A DNA stretch of 64,000 nt from a virus (Duplodnaviria; Caudoviricetes): positions 1 through 64,000 of the IMG/VR virus record IMGVR_UViG_3300035498_000844. One strand, written 5' to 3'. Positions within the stretch are counted from its first letter, which is position 1. The number at the start of each line of letters is the position of its first letter. Made by a program: the position numbers and the translations under genes. The notes below the pieces were generated by a model. That model had not been told where the DNA came from and searched no databases. It saw only the letters and a list, made by a program, of their open reading frames with translations. Positions 44,914-57,000 of this stretch are shown piece after piece.

Positions 44914-45489
44914 ATGGCAAATAAAGTGAGCTATGCAAATCTAAAATTAAAAACAGATACAAGTGTTTCTACTTTTGATTTTAATGGACAGACTATTGAA
45001 GTATTAAATTATTTACCTATTGAAGATAAATATGATCTTATAATGATTACATTACAAAAAGCATATGAAAATGGAGTCTATAACTCTTTAAAATTAGATA
45101 TGTTTTTTAATCTTCATCTAGTATATATGTATACTAATTTATCTTTTACAGATAAACAGAAAGAAAATGAAAGTAAATTATATGATACTTTAAAGAGTAA
45201 TGGATTTATTGATAAAATGTTAGATGTTTTAAATGAAGATGAATATAACGATCTTATTGAATTTATGGAAGATATTATTGCAGATACTTTAAATTATAAG
45301 AACACTGCGGCTGCTGTTATTCAGAGTTTAATTAATGATCTTCCTGGAAATGCAAAAGCAGCAATGGAGATTGTAGATTCATTTGATCCAGAAAAATATC
45401 AAGCGGTTATTGATTTTGCAACTGCGGCAAATGGTGGACGCCCAATTAATGATATTGGAAAAGTTATTCCTTTATCTGATAAAAAGTAA
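44914..45489 (+). CDS. Tail assembly chaperone candidate
   Basis: Position before the tape measure gene. Confidence 0.5.
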   Translation: MANKVSYANLKLKTDTSVSTFDFNGQTIEVLNYLPIEDKYDLIMITLQKAYENGVYNSLKLDMFFNLHLVYMYTNLSFTDKQKENESKLYDTLKSNGFIDKMLDVLNEDEYNDLIEFMEDIIADTLNYKNTAAAVIQSLINDLPGNAKAAMEIVDSFDPEKYQAVIDFATAANGGRPINDIGKVIPLSDKK

Positions 45490-45586
45490 TTAGGTCAAAA
45501 TAGATTAAAAGTCAAGCCTTTACTATCATTATATGATAGTAAAGGCAATTTTTTTATATTGTTTTCAGAGGAGGCAAAAGGATTAT

Positions 45587-48500
45587 ATGGCTAATAATAA
45601 TATCAATTTTGGTATTCGTTATACTGTTGATAAAGCTAGTTTAAATGAAATTAAGTCTTCATTACAATCATTACAAAAGTTAACCACAAGTGATTTAATG
45701 AATTTAAACAAAAGCATGGACTTACCTTCAGCAAAGGCACAATTAGCTCAAATTAAACAAACTGCTAAAGAAGTAGGAGATGCTTTAGATCGTTCATTTA
45801 ATACTAATTTAGGAACTCTTAATATATCTAAATTTAACCAAGAATTAAAAAGTTTAGATATTAATAGAATATATAATGATTTTAATTCTGCGGGAGCCGC
45901 AGGTCAAAGTGCATTTAGAAATATAACATCTCAAATCTTAACTACTAATATGCAATTAAAGCAGACACATAGTTTATTAGATAATATGGCTACGACAATG
46001 GCTAATACTATTAAATGGGGCGTTGCTTCTGGGGCAATGAATAAGTTATCTGGATCTGTACAGGAAGCATATTATTATATTAAAGATTTAGATAGTTCAT
46101 TAAATGATATTAGAATCGTAACAAATAAGTCTTCTGATGATATGGCGGAATTTGCAGCTCAAGCAAATAAAGCTGCGAAAGCATTAGGGCAGTCTACTAC
46201 TAATTATACAGACGCTTCATTGATTTATTATCAGCAAGGTTTAAGTGATGAAGAAGTTGCAGCTAGAACAGAAGTAACATTAAAGACAGCTAACGTTACT
46301 AAGCAAAGCACAGATGACGTTTCAGAAGAATTAACCGCAGTATGGAACGGTTATAAAGTTAATGCACAAGAAGCGGAATTATATGTAGATAAATTAGCAG
46401 CAGTTGCTGCAAGTACAGCATCTAACCTAGAAGAATTATCTAAAGGTATGAGTAAAGTAGCATCTGCGGCAGCCGCAATGGGCGTTGGAGAAGATCAATT
46501 AGCAGCGCAGCTATCTACAATTATTGCTGTTACAAGACAGGCTCCAGAATCTGTTGGTACTGCATTAAAGACTATTTATGCTCGTATGACAGATATTCAA
46601 GCAGGTGTAGATGAAGAGGGAGCTACATTAGGCACTTATTCTGGGCAAATGGCGAAAATGGGTGTTAATGTACTTGATGCTACAGGCAGTCTTCGTGATA
46701 TGGGCGATGTTATTGAAGAAATTGGTGAAAAATGGTCTACTTATAGTCGTGAGCAACAAGTATACTTAGCAAGAACTATGGCTGGCACGCGCCAATATAA
46801 TAATTTAATTGCATTATTTGATAACTGGGATCAATATACAGATACATTGAAAGTTGCGCAAGATGCAACAGGAACTCTCCAAGAACAACAGGATATATAT
46901 ATGGAGAGTACGGAAGCTCATTTAAAAAGAACTAAGGCAGAATGGGAAGATTTAGTTGATTCTTTTGCAAATGCTGATACTGTGAATGTATTTTCTGATC
47001 TAAGTTCAGAAGTTTTGCATTTAACTACTTCTTTAGTAGATGGAATAGGCGGCGGCGGAAACGCACTTTTAGCTCTTGGATCTATTGCTACTCAAGTATT
47101 TAGTAAGCAAATCGCTCAAGGACTTGCTACTACTATTCAAAATTTTCAAAAGGTAAGAAGTAATGCAGAACAATTGAATGCTCAATTTGAATTATTGCAG
47201 CAATTTAAAGGAATTAAAATTAATGATGAAGCTACAAATAAATTAATTAATATGAAGCAGCAAATTATTAATTTAAGTTCAATTGCAACCACAGAACAAC
47301 AGAATGAAGCTAATGAAATGATTAAGGCTACAAACGAGCTGTATAATCAAAGAGATGCGTGGGAAGAAAAAAAGCGATCTACAGAAGAGTACATTGGTTT
47401 AATTCGCGTTGAAAAAGATATAAATATTGATCTTTTTGACCAAGAAAATCAACCAACTGAGACTACTATTGATCAATTAAAAATATATAATGAACAGATA
47501 GAACGAGAAATTGAAGTAAATAAAAAACATAAAGAAGAAATTAAAGCTGTATCAAATGCTATGAAAAATTTATCAAGTGCAAATCAAGAATTAATTAATA
47601 TAAAAAAAGATTCTCAAAGCACTGATGAACAACAAACACAAGCTATAGAAAATCAGAAAAAAGCTTTAAATGAATTGACGCTTTCAATAGAAGATATAGA
47701 AGTAAATTATGATGAGTTAAATAGCATTGGAAGAATTTCTTCTGAAGAGGCTCTTAAAATTGCGAAAAGATATCATGAAGCAATGCAAAAATATAAAGAG
47801 GCTCTTGTAGCTGGTAATGAAAATGAAATAAGAAATTCTGCACAAAATGTAGCAAATATTTATTCTAAATTGATTGATCAATTAATTTCTGAGGGTATCA
47901 TTGCTAGTAATACTATAAAAGGTCAAATAAATGGTAATACAGAAACATTTGAAAATGCAATAATAAATGCTGAAAATGAATATCGAAAATTTATAAATAA
48001 TATCGCTTTAATTCAACAGATTCAACAAACAATTCAATTAATTAGTTCAATAGGAATGCTTTCTTCTAATATTTTATCTTTAAAGAATATTTGGAAGACT
48101 TGGAATGATGAATCTTTATCAGGTAGTGAAAAATTATTGCAAACATTAAGCTCTCTTGGAATGGCTCTTCCAATGATAGTTGCTAATTTTGGTAATTTAA
48201 GCACAGGAGTGATTAAATTGGCTACGGCTATGGGAATGGTAACTACTGGAACGGTAGAATTAAAAACTGCTTTAACATTCTTAGGAACAAGTACTGTCTT
48301 AGGTCCTTTAGCTCTTATTACTGCAGCTATAGTAGGAATTACTGCGGCATATAATTATTTTACTGTTACAGAAAAAGAAGCTAAAAAAGCTCAGGAAGAT
48401 TTAACAAAATCTATACAAGAAAGTAATTCTGCATTACAAGAATATAATAAAAATTTATCTTTATTATCAAATAATGGTGTCAATGCAAACAGTGAATTAT

Positions 48501-51500
48501 CAAAAGAATTTGAAAGATTATCTGAAGGTGTTTCTAAATATGGCGAAAATATTAGTCTATCTGCGGATGAATATAAACGTTATCAAGAAATCGTTAATCA
48601 ACTTGTTGGCATCTCTGATTCTATTGTGATAGGATATAATAATGAAGGACAGGCTATTATTGATAAAACAACTGCATTAAAAGATCTTATAAAATATGAG
48701 CAAGAAGAAAGACTTCAATCAATGCAATTTTCTGGAGAAAAAGGAGATACGGAAAAAGAACTTCTTAAAAGTGCTAATGCCGTTTCCAAAAAGAAAAAAG
48801 AATCTCAAGAAATAGATGTTGATGCAGCTATTACAGCAAGAAAACAAATTAATAAGCCAGAAAATTTAGTTAATCAAAATATTGAAGAATATGCTAATTC
48901 ATTAAAAAATTTAACTGATTTATTTCATGGTGCAGTGTCTAGTGCAGATAAATTTTCAAATGAATTAAATATTATTAATACTATTGTTGGAAGTAATAAA
49001 CTAGAAGATATTAAAGAAATTAATTATCAAGATTTTAAAAATAGTCTTGATAAAATAGAAAAAGACTTTAAATATCAATTACGAAAAGGTTTAATTAGTC
49101 AAGATACTTATGATGAATATATAGATAATATAACAAAAATTAATGAATCTTATTCAGAAGAAGCTTTTAATAATATGCAAGAAAGCATTTCTTTATCCTT
49201 AGAGGATAATATAAAAGAAATGCAACTTGTTTATAAAAACTATGCAAATATATTAGAAAGATCTTTTGCTACAGAGAGTGGAGCTGCCTGGACAAAAATT
49301 CAAAATATGGGTTTTGGTTCACAATTTAAGCAATATTTAAACAATTTAAAAATAGATTCAGAAGAGGGCTACAAGAAAGCCTATGAGGATATAGAAAGTA
49401 ATTATACTAAATTTATTGATGGATTACAAAGTTTAGAGTTAGCAAAAGCAGGCGGAATATTTGATGAAAGTCAATATGATAGCTATGCAGAGTATATCCA
49501 AGGAATAACTAAATATCTTAGTGACCATCCAGAAGTTACTAGCCAAGTTCTTGATATTGCTTTTGGACTAACATTTGAAATTAAAGATGATAATATTAAA
49601 ATCGCTGATAAAGAAATTGAAGATATAAAAGAAAGAATACAAAAACAAATAAATACTTCTGGTGAAGATATAAATTTTGATGAAGTTTGGGAATATTTAT
49701 CTAATAATTTTTCAAGTGATGAAATTAATAAAATTCTTGAAAAGGGAATTAATATTAATTGGAAGGATATTCTTGCAAGTGAGACTTCTAAAAATCAGGC
49801 TACTGCAGTTATTAAAGAAATTTTAAGTCAAGCTGTAGGAACTACTGTTGATGAAACAGAGATAACTGATGCTGATTTAGAGGGTTTGGGCGCTACAACT
49901 AAAAAGAAAATAACAGAACTCAAAGAAGAAATTTCTGATTATGCTAAATATTTACAAGAAGCTGCAAAAGAATCTGATAAAATTGATGATAGCTTAGAAA
50001 ATAATGCAACTGCCGCAAAAAAAGTTGCAATTGCCAATACTCGTTTAAATAAAGGTCTTGAAGATTTACAAAAGAATTTTGAAGGGTATAAAGATAGCTT
50101 ACAAAACAGTGAAAAGGGAACCGCTGAGTACGCAAAAGCATTAAATGAACTAAAAGATGACATGGCTAATGTTTTAAATCTTAGTAGTGGAGACGTTCTT
50201 TCAAATGATTTTTTTGAGGGTGAACAAGGCGTACAAAATTTAAAAGATATTGAAGCTGCGGCTAATGGTGATATTGAAGCTATTGAAAGATTAAGAAAAG
50301 CGGCTTCGGAAGATATAGTTCAACAGATTATTGTAAATTTAAACGATCAAAATGCTATTGATGACTTAAAATCTTTAACTAATACATTAGAAAATTATGC
50401 TGCTAATAATAATCTTGAGATAGGAGCAAGACTTGATAATGCTAGTTTTATAGACTCTTTAAATGATATAATCAACGCTACGAAAATGACAGCTGAGCAA
50501 GCAGGAAATTACTTGAAAGCTATGGGTTATGACGCAGAGGTTTCCTATGATGAAACTAGAGTTCCTTCAACTATGCAAATGCCTAGTGTAAGATTTGCAG
50601 TTAAAGCTGATGAAAATGGGACATCTATTATTGCTGAACCAGATTTTACAGAAGTTGAATATGAACAGGTAGTTAGAACTCCAGTTGTTAAAGCATTAAC
50701 CTATACAGGTTCTGCAGGTGGTACTGTAAATTATAAAAATACCGCAGCTGGCGGCGCTACTACAAATAAGAGCAAAAAAAGTGGCGGAGGTAGTGGAAGC
50801 AAGACTAAAGAGCCTAAAAAAGAAAAAAATGTTAAAGATGAAATTGACAGATATCATGATATTAATCTTGAATTAAAAGATACTTCAGAATCTTTAAATA
50901 GAATACAAAAAGCAGAAAAGAATTTAATTGGAGAAGAACTAATCGACAATCTAAATAAACAATTAGATATATTAGAAAAGCAAAAAAAGATTTATGAAGA
51001 AAAACTTAAATTAGAAAAAGAAGAAGCTAAGGAAATTCAAGAAGCTCTTAAAACTCAAGGAGTTCTTTTTGCAGATGGCGATTTAGGTTATATTACTAAT
51101 TACACTGCTGTACTTCAAGCTAAATTAGATTATGTAAATGATATCATTGCTCAATATAATGCAATGTCCGCAGAAGAGCAAGAAGGTTTTAAAGATACTG
51201 TAGATCAAGCTAAAGAAGATTATGAAGATTTTAAGAAGCAGATCGAATCATATGATACTTTAATTTCAGATACTATTCCTGGACTTGAAGACGATATTCA
51301 AGATGCGGTTGATAAGCAAGTTGAAATACAAATTAAGCAATTTACTATGGAAGTTGATGTCAGACTTGATATGGCAGAGGCTGAGAGAGATTTCAATAAG
51401 TTTAGAAAAAAAGTTATTGATAAAATTGAAGATGACGATATTTTAGGTAACGCAAAAGCGGACTTAGATGACTTATTAACTTACTTTGATACTAATGATA

Positions 51501-53941
51501 CTGGTATCGGACCAATCCAAAAATTAACAGATCAAGTTAACGATACTTTGGACCAGTTAGAACAACTTGAAGATGGCGGAACTGCAGATGTTTATGGAAA
51601 AAATCGCGCGCAAGCATTAGAAGATTTAAAGAAATATTATGAAGAGCTAATGAATCAGTTAGAAGATGTTCAAGATTTAGTAGATCAAATTGAAGATTCA
51701 TATCTTGACATGATTGATGAAGCTATTGAAAAATTTGATGAACAAGTAGATCAATATGAATATATTAATGATTTATTAAATCATAATTTAAACGTAATTG
51801 GTTTATTATATGGCGATGATGCTTATTCAAAAATGACTCAATATTATCAGCAGATTGAAGCTAATAATAATAAAGAATTAGATTTCTTAAAGAAACGTGT
51901 TCAATATGCTTATGATATGATGCAGGCGGAAACTGATCCAGACGCTAAAGAAAAATGGCAAGAAGAGTGGGAAGATGCACTATCTACATTAAATAAAAAA
52001 GTTGAAGATTCTTTGCAAAATATTATTGATAAATATGTTAATAGTATTAATGAAGTATTTGATGAATTAAATAAAAAGATTACAGATGGATTAGATTTAG
52101 ACTATGTAAAAGATGAATGGGATTTAATTAATAAAAATGCAGAACAATATTTAGATACTATTAATGGAGCATATGAAATTCAAAAATTAGAGAATAAATA
52201 TATAGATGCTCTTAATGACACTGATAGCTTATCTGCTCAAAAGAAATTAAATGATTTAATGACCGAACAGTTAGCAATGTTGCAAGATAAGGAAAAATTA
52301 ACTCAATATGATGTTGATCGTGCAAATCAGCTTTACGAAATTGCATTAAAAGAAATCGCGCTAGAAGAAGCACAACAAAATAAATCTACAATGAGATTGA
52401 GACGTGATTCTCAAGGTAATTATACTTATCAATATGTTGCGGATGAAGATAGCATAGCTCAAGCGCAACAAGAGCTATTAGATGCACAAAATTCTTTGTA
52501 TAACCTAGACAAAGATCAGTATAAGCAAAATCTTGATGATATTTATAGTATATATTCTGAGTTTCAACAGAAATTATTAGCCTTATATCAGGATCAGACT
52601 TTAAGTGCGGAAGATCGCGCACAAAAAGAAGCTATGTATGTTGAGCAATATGGGGAACTAATTAATGGATTAGTTGAACAAAATGAAGATATTAGAACTA
52701 ATCTTCATGGCTCTGCTTTTGATTCTCTTGCAGAAATGTATGATGTTGATGTTAAGAATTTTACTCAAATGACTGATGAAGAACAAGATACTCTTATGAA
52801 TAGCTTAATTCCTCAATGGGATTCTGGAATTCAACATATGACTGATACTTTTGCGGGAGAAGGAGGCTTTATTCCAACTTGTTCTGATGCCTTTGATCAA
52901 TTAAAAGAGGTTACTGAGGATTATCAAACTTCATTAGACGATTTAGAGCAGGCGGCAGGTGTTGATTTTGAGTCTATGGCTAATGGATATGATGAAAATA
53001 TTCAAAAAGCTCAAGAATTATTATCCGCAAATGATGACTTAATTAATAAATATAGTGAAGAGATTGATGCAATTAAAGCAGTAATTTCTCAATTAGATGA
53101 TTTAATTATTCAGTATGCGGCCGCGCAAAGAGCTGCTGAAAAAGCAACTGAAGCTGCTTATGCTTACTGGCAAGCTGCGCAAGATATTGATTATGATGGA
53201 GAAGAAGAATTAGAAAGTGGATATTCTAATAGAGTATATACTACTACTGTTGGTAGCATAAATAAAACAGTTTCTGCATCATCTTCCTCTAATTATAGTT
53301 CTAGTTCAGGTAGTAGTGATGTTAGTAAAAAAACTAAAAATAGTAAAAAAAATAGCGATAACGATAATAATGATAATAATTGGAAAACAATTACATTATA
53401 TAGCAGTTCAACAACAGATATAGGACATCCTTTGATAACAATGGATACTAGTCAATATAATTTTACTATTCTTAATAATAGAGAAGGAAAAAATCATAGA
53501 TATAGAATTGAATCTAATGATGGAGAAATTACTGGATATACAGATACTCTTAAATGGGAAGAATATAAAAAATATGATACTGGTGGATATACCGGAGAAT
53601 GGGGAGATTCAAGTGGCAAACTTGCAGTATTACACCAAAAAGAATTAGTATTAAATGACACTGATACTGAAAACTTTTTATCTGCAATTAAGATTATTAG
53701 AAATATGGATAGCTTATTAAGTTCATTAAATCAATCTGTATTAGATAGAGCTTTTAGTTTATCATCTAATATTGGAACTGGTTTCAATGGAATTGAAAGT
53801 AATAGTTCCAATGATACTGTTGAACAGAATGTTCATATTGAAGCTTCATTCCCAAATGTAAGCGATTCTAAAGAGATTGAAAATGCATTTAATAATCTTG
53901 TTAATCGCGCAAGTCAATATGCTTATAATACACAAAGATAA
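45587..53941 (+). CDS. Tape measure protein (2785 aa)
   Basis: TP901-type TMP core near the N-terminus, long helical repeats, C-terminal DTGGYTG..HQKELVLN; SD-led ATG at 45587. Confidence 0.92.
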   Translation: MANNNINFGIRYTVDKASLNEIKSSLQSLQKLTTSDLMNLNKSMDLPSAKAQLAQIKQTAKEVGDALDRSFNTNLGTLNISKFNQELKSLDINRIYNDFNSAGAAGQSAFRNITSQILTTNMQLKQTHSLLDNMATTMANTIKWGVASGAMNKLSGSVQEAYYYIKDLDSSLNDIRIVTNKSSDDMAEFAAQANKAAKALGQSTTNYTDASLIYYQQGLSDEEVAARTEVTLKTANVTKQSTDDVSEELTAVWNGYKVNAQEAELYVDKLAAVAASTASNLEELSKGMSKVASAAAAMGVGEDQLAAQLSTIIAVTRQAPESVGTALKTIYARMTDIQAGVDEEGATLGTYSGQMAKMGVNVLDATGSLRDMGDVIEEIGEKWSTYSREQQVYLARTMAGTRQYNNLIALFDNWDQYTDTLKVAQDATGTLQEQQDIYMESTEAHLKRTKAEWEDLVDSFANADTVNVFSDLSSEVLHLTTSLVDGIGGGGNALLALGSIATQVFSKQIAQGLATTIQNFQKVRSNAEQLNAQFELLQQFKGIKINDEATNKLINMKQQIINLSSIATTEQQNEANEMIKATNELYNQRDAWEEKKRSTEEYIGLIRVEKDINIDLFDQENQPTETTIDQLKIYNEQIEREIEVNKKHKEEIKAVSNAMKNLSSANQELINIKKDSQSTDEQQTQAIENQKKALNELTLSIEDIEVNYDELNSIGRISSEEALKIAKRYHEAMQKYKEALVAGNENEIRNSAQNVANIYSKLIDQLISEGIIASNTIKGQINGNTETFENAIINAENEYRKFINNIALIQQIQQTIQLISSIGMLSSNILSLKNIWKTWNDESLSGSEKLLQTLSSLGMALPMIVANFGNLSTGVIKLATAMGMVTTGTVELKTALTFLGTSTVLGPLALITAAIVGITAAYNYFTVTEKEAKKAQEDLTKSIQESNSALQEYNKNLSLLSNNGVNANSELSKEFERLSEGVSKYGENISLSADEYKRYQEIVNQLVGISDSIVIGYNNEGQAIIDKTTALKDLIKYEQEERLQSMQFSGEKGDTEKELLKSANAVSKKKKESQEIDVDAAITARKQINKPENLVNQNIEEYANSLKNLTDLFHGAVSSADKFSNELNIINTIVGSNKLEDIKEINYQDFKNSLDKIEKDFKYQLRKGLISQDTYDEYIDNITKINESYSEEAFNNMQESISLSLEDNIKEMQLVYKNYANILERSFATESGAAWTKIQNMGFGSQFKQYLNNLKIDSEEGYKKAYEDIESNYTKFIDGLQSLELAKAGGIFDESQYDSYAEYIQGITKYLSDHPEVTSQVLDIAFGLTFEIKDDNIKIADKEIEDIKERIQKQINTSGEDINFDEVWEYLSNNFSSDEINKILEKGININWKDILASETSKNQATAVIKEILSQAVGTTVDETEITDADLEGLGATTKKKITELKEEISDYAKYLQEAAKESDKIDDSLENNATAAKKVAIANTRLNKGLEDLQKNFEGYKDSLQNSEKGTAEYAKALNELKDDMANVLNLSSGDVLSNDFFEGEQGVQNLKDIEAAANGDIEAIERLRKAASEDIVQQIIVNLNDQNAIDDLKSLTNTLENYAANNNLEIGARLDNASFIDSLNDIINATKMTAEQAGNYLKAMGYDAEVSYDETRVPSTMQMPSVRFAVKADENGTSIIAEPDFTEVEYEQVVRTPVVKALTYTGSAGGTVNYKNTAAGGATTNKSKKSGGGSGSKTKEPKKEKNVKDEIDRYHDINLELKDTSESLNRIQKAEKNLIGEELIDNLNKQLDILEKQKKIYEEKLKLEKEEAKEIQEALKTQGVLFADGDLGYITNYTAVLQAKLDYVNDIIAQYNAMSAEEQEGFKDTVDQAKEDYEDFKKQIESYDTLISDTIPGLEDDIQDAVDKQVEIQIKQFTMEVDVRLDMAEAERDFNKFRKKVIDKIEDDDILGNAKADLDDLLTYFDTNDTGIGPIQKLTDQVNDTLDQLEQLEDGGTADVYGKNRAQALEDLKKYYEELMNQLEDVQDLVDQIEDSYLDMIDEAIEKFDEQVDQYEYINDLLNHNLNVIGLLYGDDAYSKMTQYYQQIEANNNKELDFLKKRVQYAYDMMQAETDPDAKEKWQEEWEDALSTLNKKVEDSLQNIIDKYVNSINEVFDELNKKITDGLDLDYVKDEWDLINKNAEQYLDTINGAYEIQKLENKYIDALNDTDSLSAQKKLNDLMTEQLAMLQDKEKLTQYDVDRANQLYEIALKEIALEEAQQNKSTMRLRRDSQGNYTYQYVADEDSIAQAQQELLDAQNSLYNLDKDQYKQNLDDIYSIYSEFQQKLLALYQDQTLSAEDRAQKEAMYVEQYGELINGLVEQNEDIRTNLHGSAFDSLAEMYDVDVKNFTQMTDEEQDTLMNSLIPQWDSGIQHMTDTFAGEGGFIPTCSDAFDQLKEVTEDYQTSLDDLEQAAGVDFESMANGYDENIQKAQELLSANDDLINKYSEEIDAIKAVISQLDDLIIQYAAAQRAAEKATEAAYAYWQAAQDIDYDGEEELESGYSNRVYTTTVGSINKTVSASSSSNYSSSSGSSDVSKKTKNSKKNSDNDNNDNNWKTITLYSSSTTDIGHPLITMDTSQYNFTILNNREGKNHRYRIESNDGEITGYTDTLKWEEYKKYDTGGYTGEWGDSSGKLAVLHQKELVLNDTDTENFLSAIKIIRNMDSLLSSLNQSVLDRAFSLSSNIGTGFNGIESNSSNDTVEQNVHIEASFPNVSDSKEIENAFNNLVNRASQYAYNTQR

Positions 53942-54055
53942 TTTTTAAGGGAGAGTGTTTAACTCTCCCTTATTTTTGGGTGTTTATAATTAAAAAACTT
54001 GACAAATATTTCATATTATGTTAGAATAAAGAGAGAAAAGGAGAAAAAAGAGTCT

Positions 54056-57000
54056 ATGAATACAATAGAAAACAATATATGTCAAGCTATTGATATAATA
54101 GTTCAAAAAGCAATATCTGAAGCGGAATACGATAAGACTATCCAGGCTACTATTGTAAGCTGTGTAGATGCTACTATTGGAAAATATAAAATGAAATATC
54201 AAGATAGTACATTTTATGCGTATTCAGGTAGTTCAGAAATTACTTACACAGAAGACTCAATTGTATATGTATTAATTCCTGGAAATAACATGAGCAAAGA
54301 TAAAACTATTCTTGGGGCAGTTAAAAAACTAGGAATAAATTATGTAACAACAACAGAAGGAGACGAGGCGTACGAAGTGGTTGGAAAAAATTGTCTTTCT
54401 TCTTCTGAAAGTTTTGGATTAAGTTCTTATAGAGAAGGAACTTACGCAAAGATATTGTATCATAAAGATTATAGTGATGAACAAAATTTAATAACTTTAA
54501 ATAAGACTGCGGTAAATGAATATATAAAAAATTCTAGTACTATTATTTGCGGGGCAAAAATAAGAACGTCATTATCAGGAGAACAGCAGTATCGCGGTAA
54601 TTATGGTATTATTTTTGCGTTAGATTTTATAGATAATACTAATAATGAAATTGTGACAAGATATTATACTATAGATGTTGATAAAATGACAGGAAATCCA
54701 TATAAATTAATCTATGAAACTAGACAATATGGAATCTTTGAAATTGATAATTCTAATTTTAAAGAAGTTAATTATATTAGCATTTTTACAAATGATTTTC
54801 CTACGAATAAACCAGAAGAAGAATGCATTGATGATATCTTTATAAAGGATATTGAACTTTGCGGAGCGGAGCGCTTAAGCGATGATGACATTAGTAATTA
54901 TAGTTTAAGTTTTGTTACTCCACAAGGGACCTATTTTGATAATAATTCTTTAGATTCAGATATTTGCACCTTACAAGCGCAAGTCCGCGTAAAAGGAAAA
55001 GTAATAGATAATGATTCTCAATCTTTACCTTACTATTGGTTTATTGAACACGCGGGTATTACTTCTCAAAGTCAATATTATAATAAATATGGTGGACAAG
55101 GGTGGAAATGTTTAAATAATTTTAATGTGATTCAAAAAGAAACAGACTCAGATCCTACGGTCGTAGAGTGGGTTCCCGCATCCTATGAATGGAAAATTAA
55201 AAAAAGTGATATAGGTGCAAAAGAAGTTAAGTATAAATGTGCAGTTGTATATGATGGCACCGTAATTACAAAAACTATTATTATAAAAAATTTATCTTCT
55301 GAATATGATATTATTATTGAATCTGATGGCGGAACTCAATTTTATTTTGACATAGGCTTACCAACTTTAACTTGTTTAGTTAGTGGAGAGAAAAATTCTA
55401 ATTATACATATTCTTGGGGAGTTACCGATAATACGGGAACTTTTCAAAGCTTAGAAAGTAATAGCAATCAAATAAAAATAAATGTAAATACAATTACTAA
55501 TTTTAGTACATATCAATGTACAGTTTATAATAAACAACTATATATTGGTACTGCTTCTATTGTTTTAACCAATAGTCTGGAAGCTGAAGGTGTTTATAAT
55601 TTAGTTATTAATGATGGCACGTATGTTTATAAATATAATGAAAATGGAATTAGTCCAGCGAGTCAAGCGCAAGATTCTCCTATTGAAATAAAAGCATTAA
55701 CTTTTAACATTTATGATAACTTAGGTAATAAAATAGATGATGGTATTACAAGACATTGTGATATTAAATGGATCGTTCCATCTGAAAATACTTTAATTGA
55801 AATACCTAGTAGTTATCAAGCTTCCGCAGTTGATTTAATTAATGGAACGAAAACTTATAGTAATATAATGTCTTTAAGTTATAAAATTGCGGATAGATAT
55901 AATATTACCAAAACAAAAAATAATATTCAATTAATAGTAAAATATAAAGGAATGAATTTAGTTGCTAAGACTGACTTTACTTTCGTAAAAGAAGGAGAAT
56001 CTGGTACTAATGGCACTGAATTTATATGTAGAATAGTACCAAATGTCGCTAGTGGAGAAGTCGCTCCATTATATCCTACAATTACTCAATTAAGTGGCGG
56101 AACTTGGTCAATTAATTATACTCCAGTAAATAGCAATAGATTTTTTAGAGCGCAATTATGGCATAATGAAAATAAAATATTAGATAGCGTAACTTCTACT
56201 AATTCAACAGAAGGTAAGAGTGCCAGTATAACTTGGAGTATATTAAAAAATAAATATACTTCATCAGTTTCAGATACAAGTGCATTAACAGTGAATGCCG
56301 CAACTGGAGTATTTGGATTTAGTAGTTTTACAAGCGAGCATCCAGCCCATATAGTTAAAGTTATTATTGTTTATGATGATGTAACTTACTATGCAACAAT
56401 GCCATTAATTACAGTTAAATTAACTAATAATAATTATAAAGTTAATTTAAAAGAAAATACTGGTTTTAGATATGCAGTTTATACATCAGATGGACAGAGT
56501 CCTAAATATGATAATAATAATCCTTTTGAATTAACAATTACTCAAAATAATACAAATGTGAGTACTGGTGTTAGTTATACATGGAGCTATTTAGGTCGTC
56601 TCTATGAAGGCGGTAATTGGATTAATAGTATTAATATAGGAGATAGAGTTCTTAGCGGATTGGCTTCTAATCAAAAAGCAGTTAAACCATTAGATAGTTT
56701 TGATGGACAATGTGTAACTAATGCATTGCTATGTGTTATTTCTAAAGACAATACGGAGATTGCAAGAATCCACATTCCAATTCATCTTTTATTAAATAGG
56801 TATGGAAACTCTGCTATTAATGGATGGGATGGAAATAGTATAAATATTGATGCTAATGGCGGTTTTATCTTAGCTCCGCAAGTTGGCGCAGGTATTAAAG
56901 AAACAGACAATAGTTTTACTGGCGTCGTAATGGGTAAAGTTAAAGAGAGTGGTCAATCTAAAGAAGATATAGGTTTAATTGGTTATTCTAAGGGAACTAG

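Noticed and set aside
44914-45586. Programmed frameshift tail chaperone (lambda G/GT type)
   Set aside because: No second overlapping ORF; under 100 nt, occupied by a hairpin, separate the stop from the TMP start.
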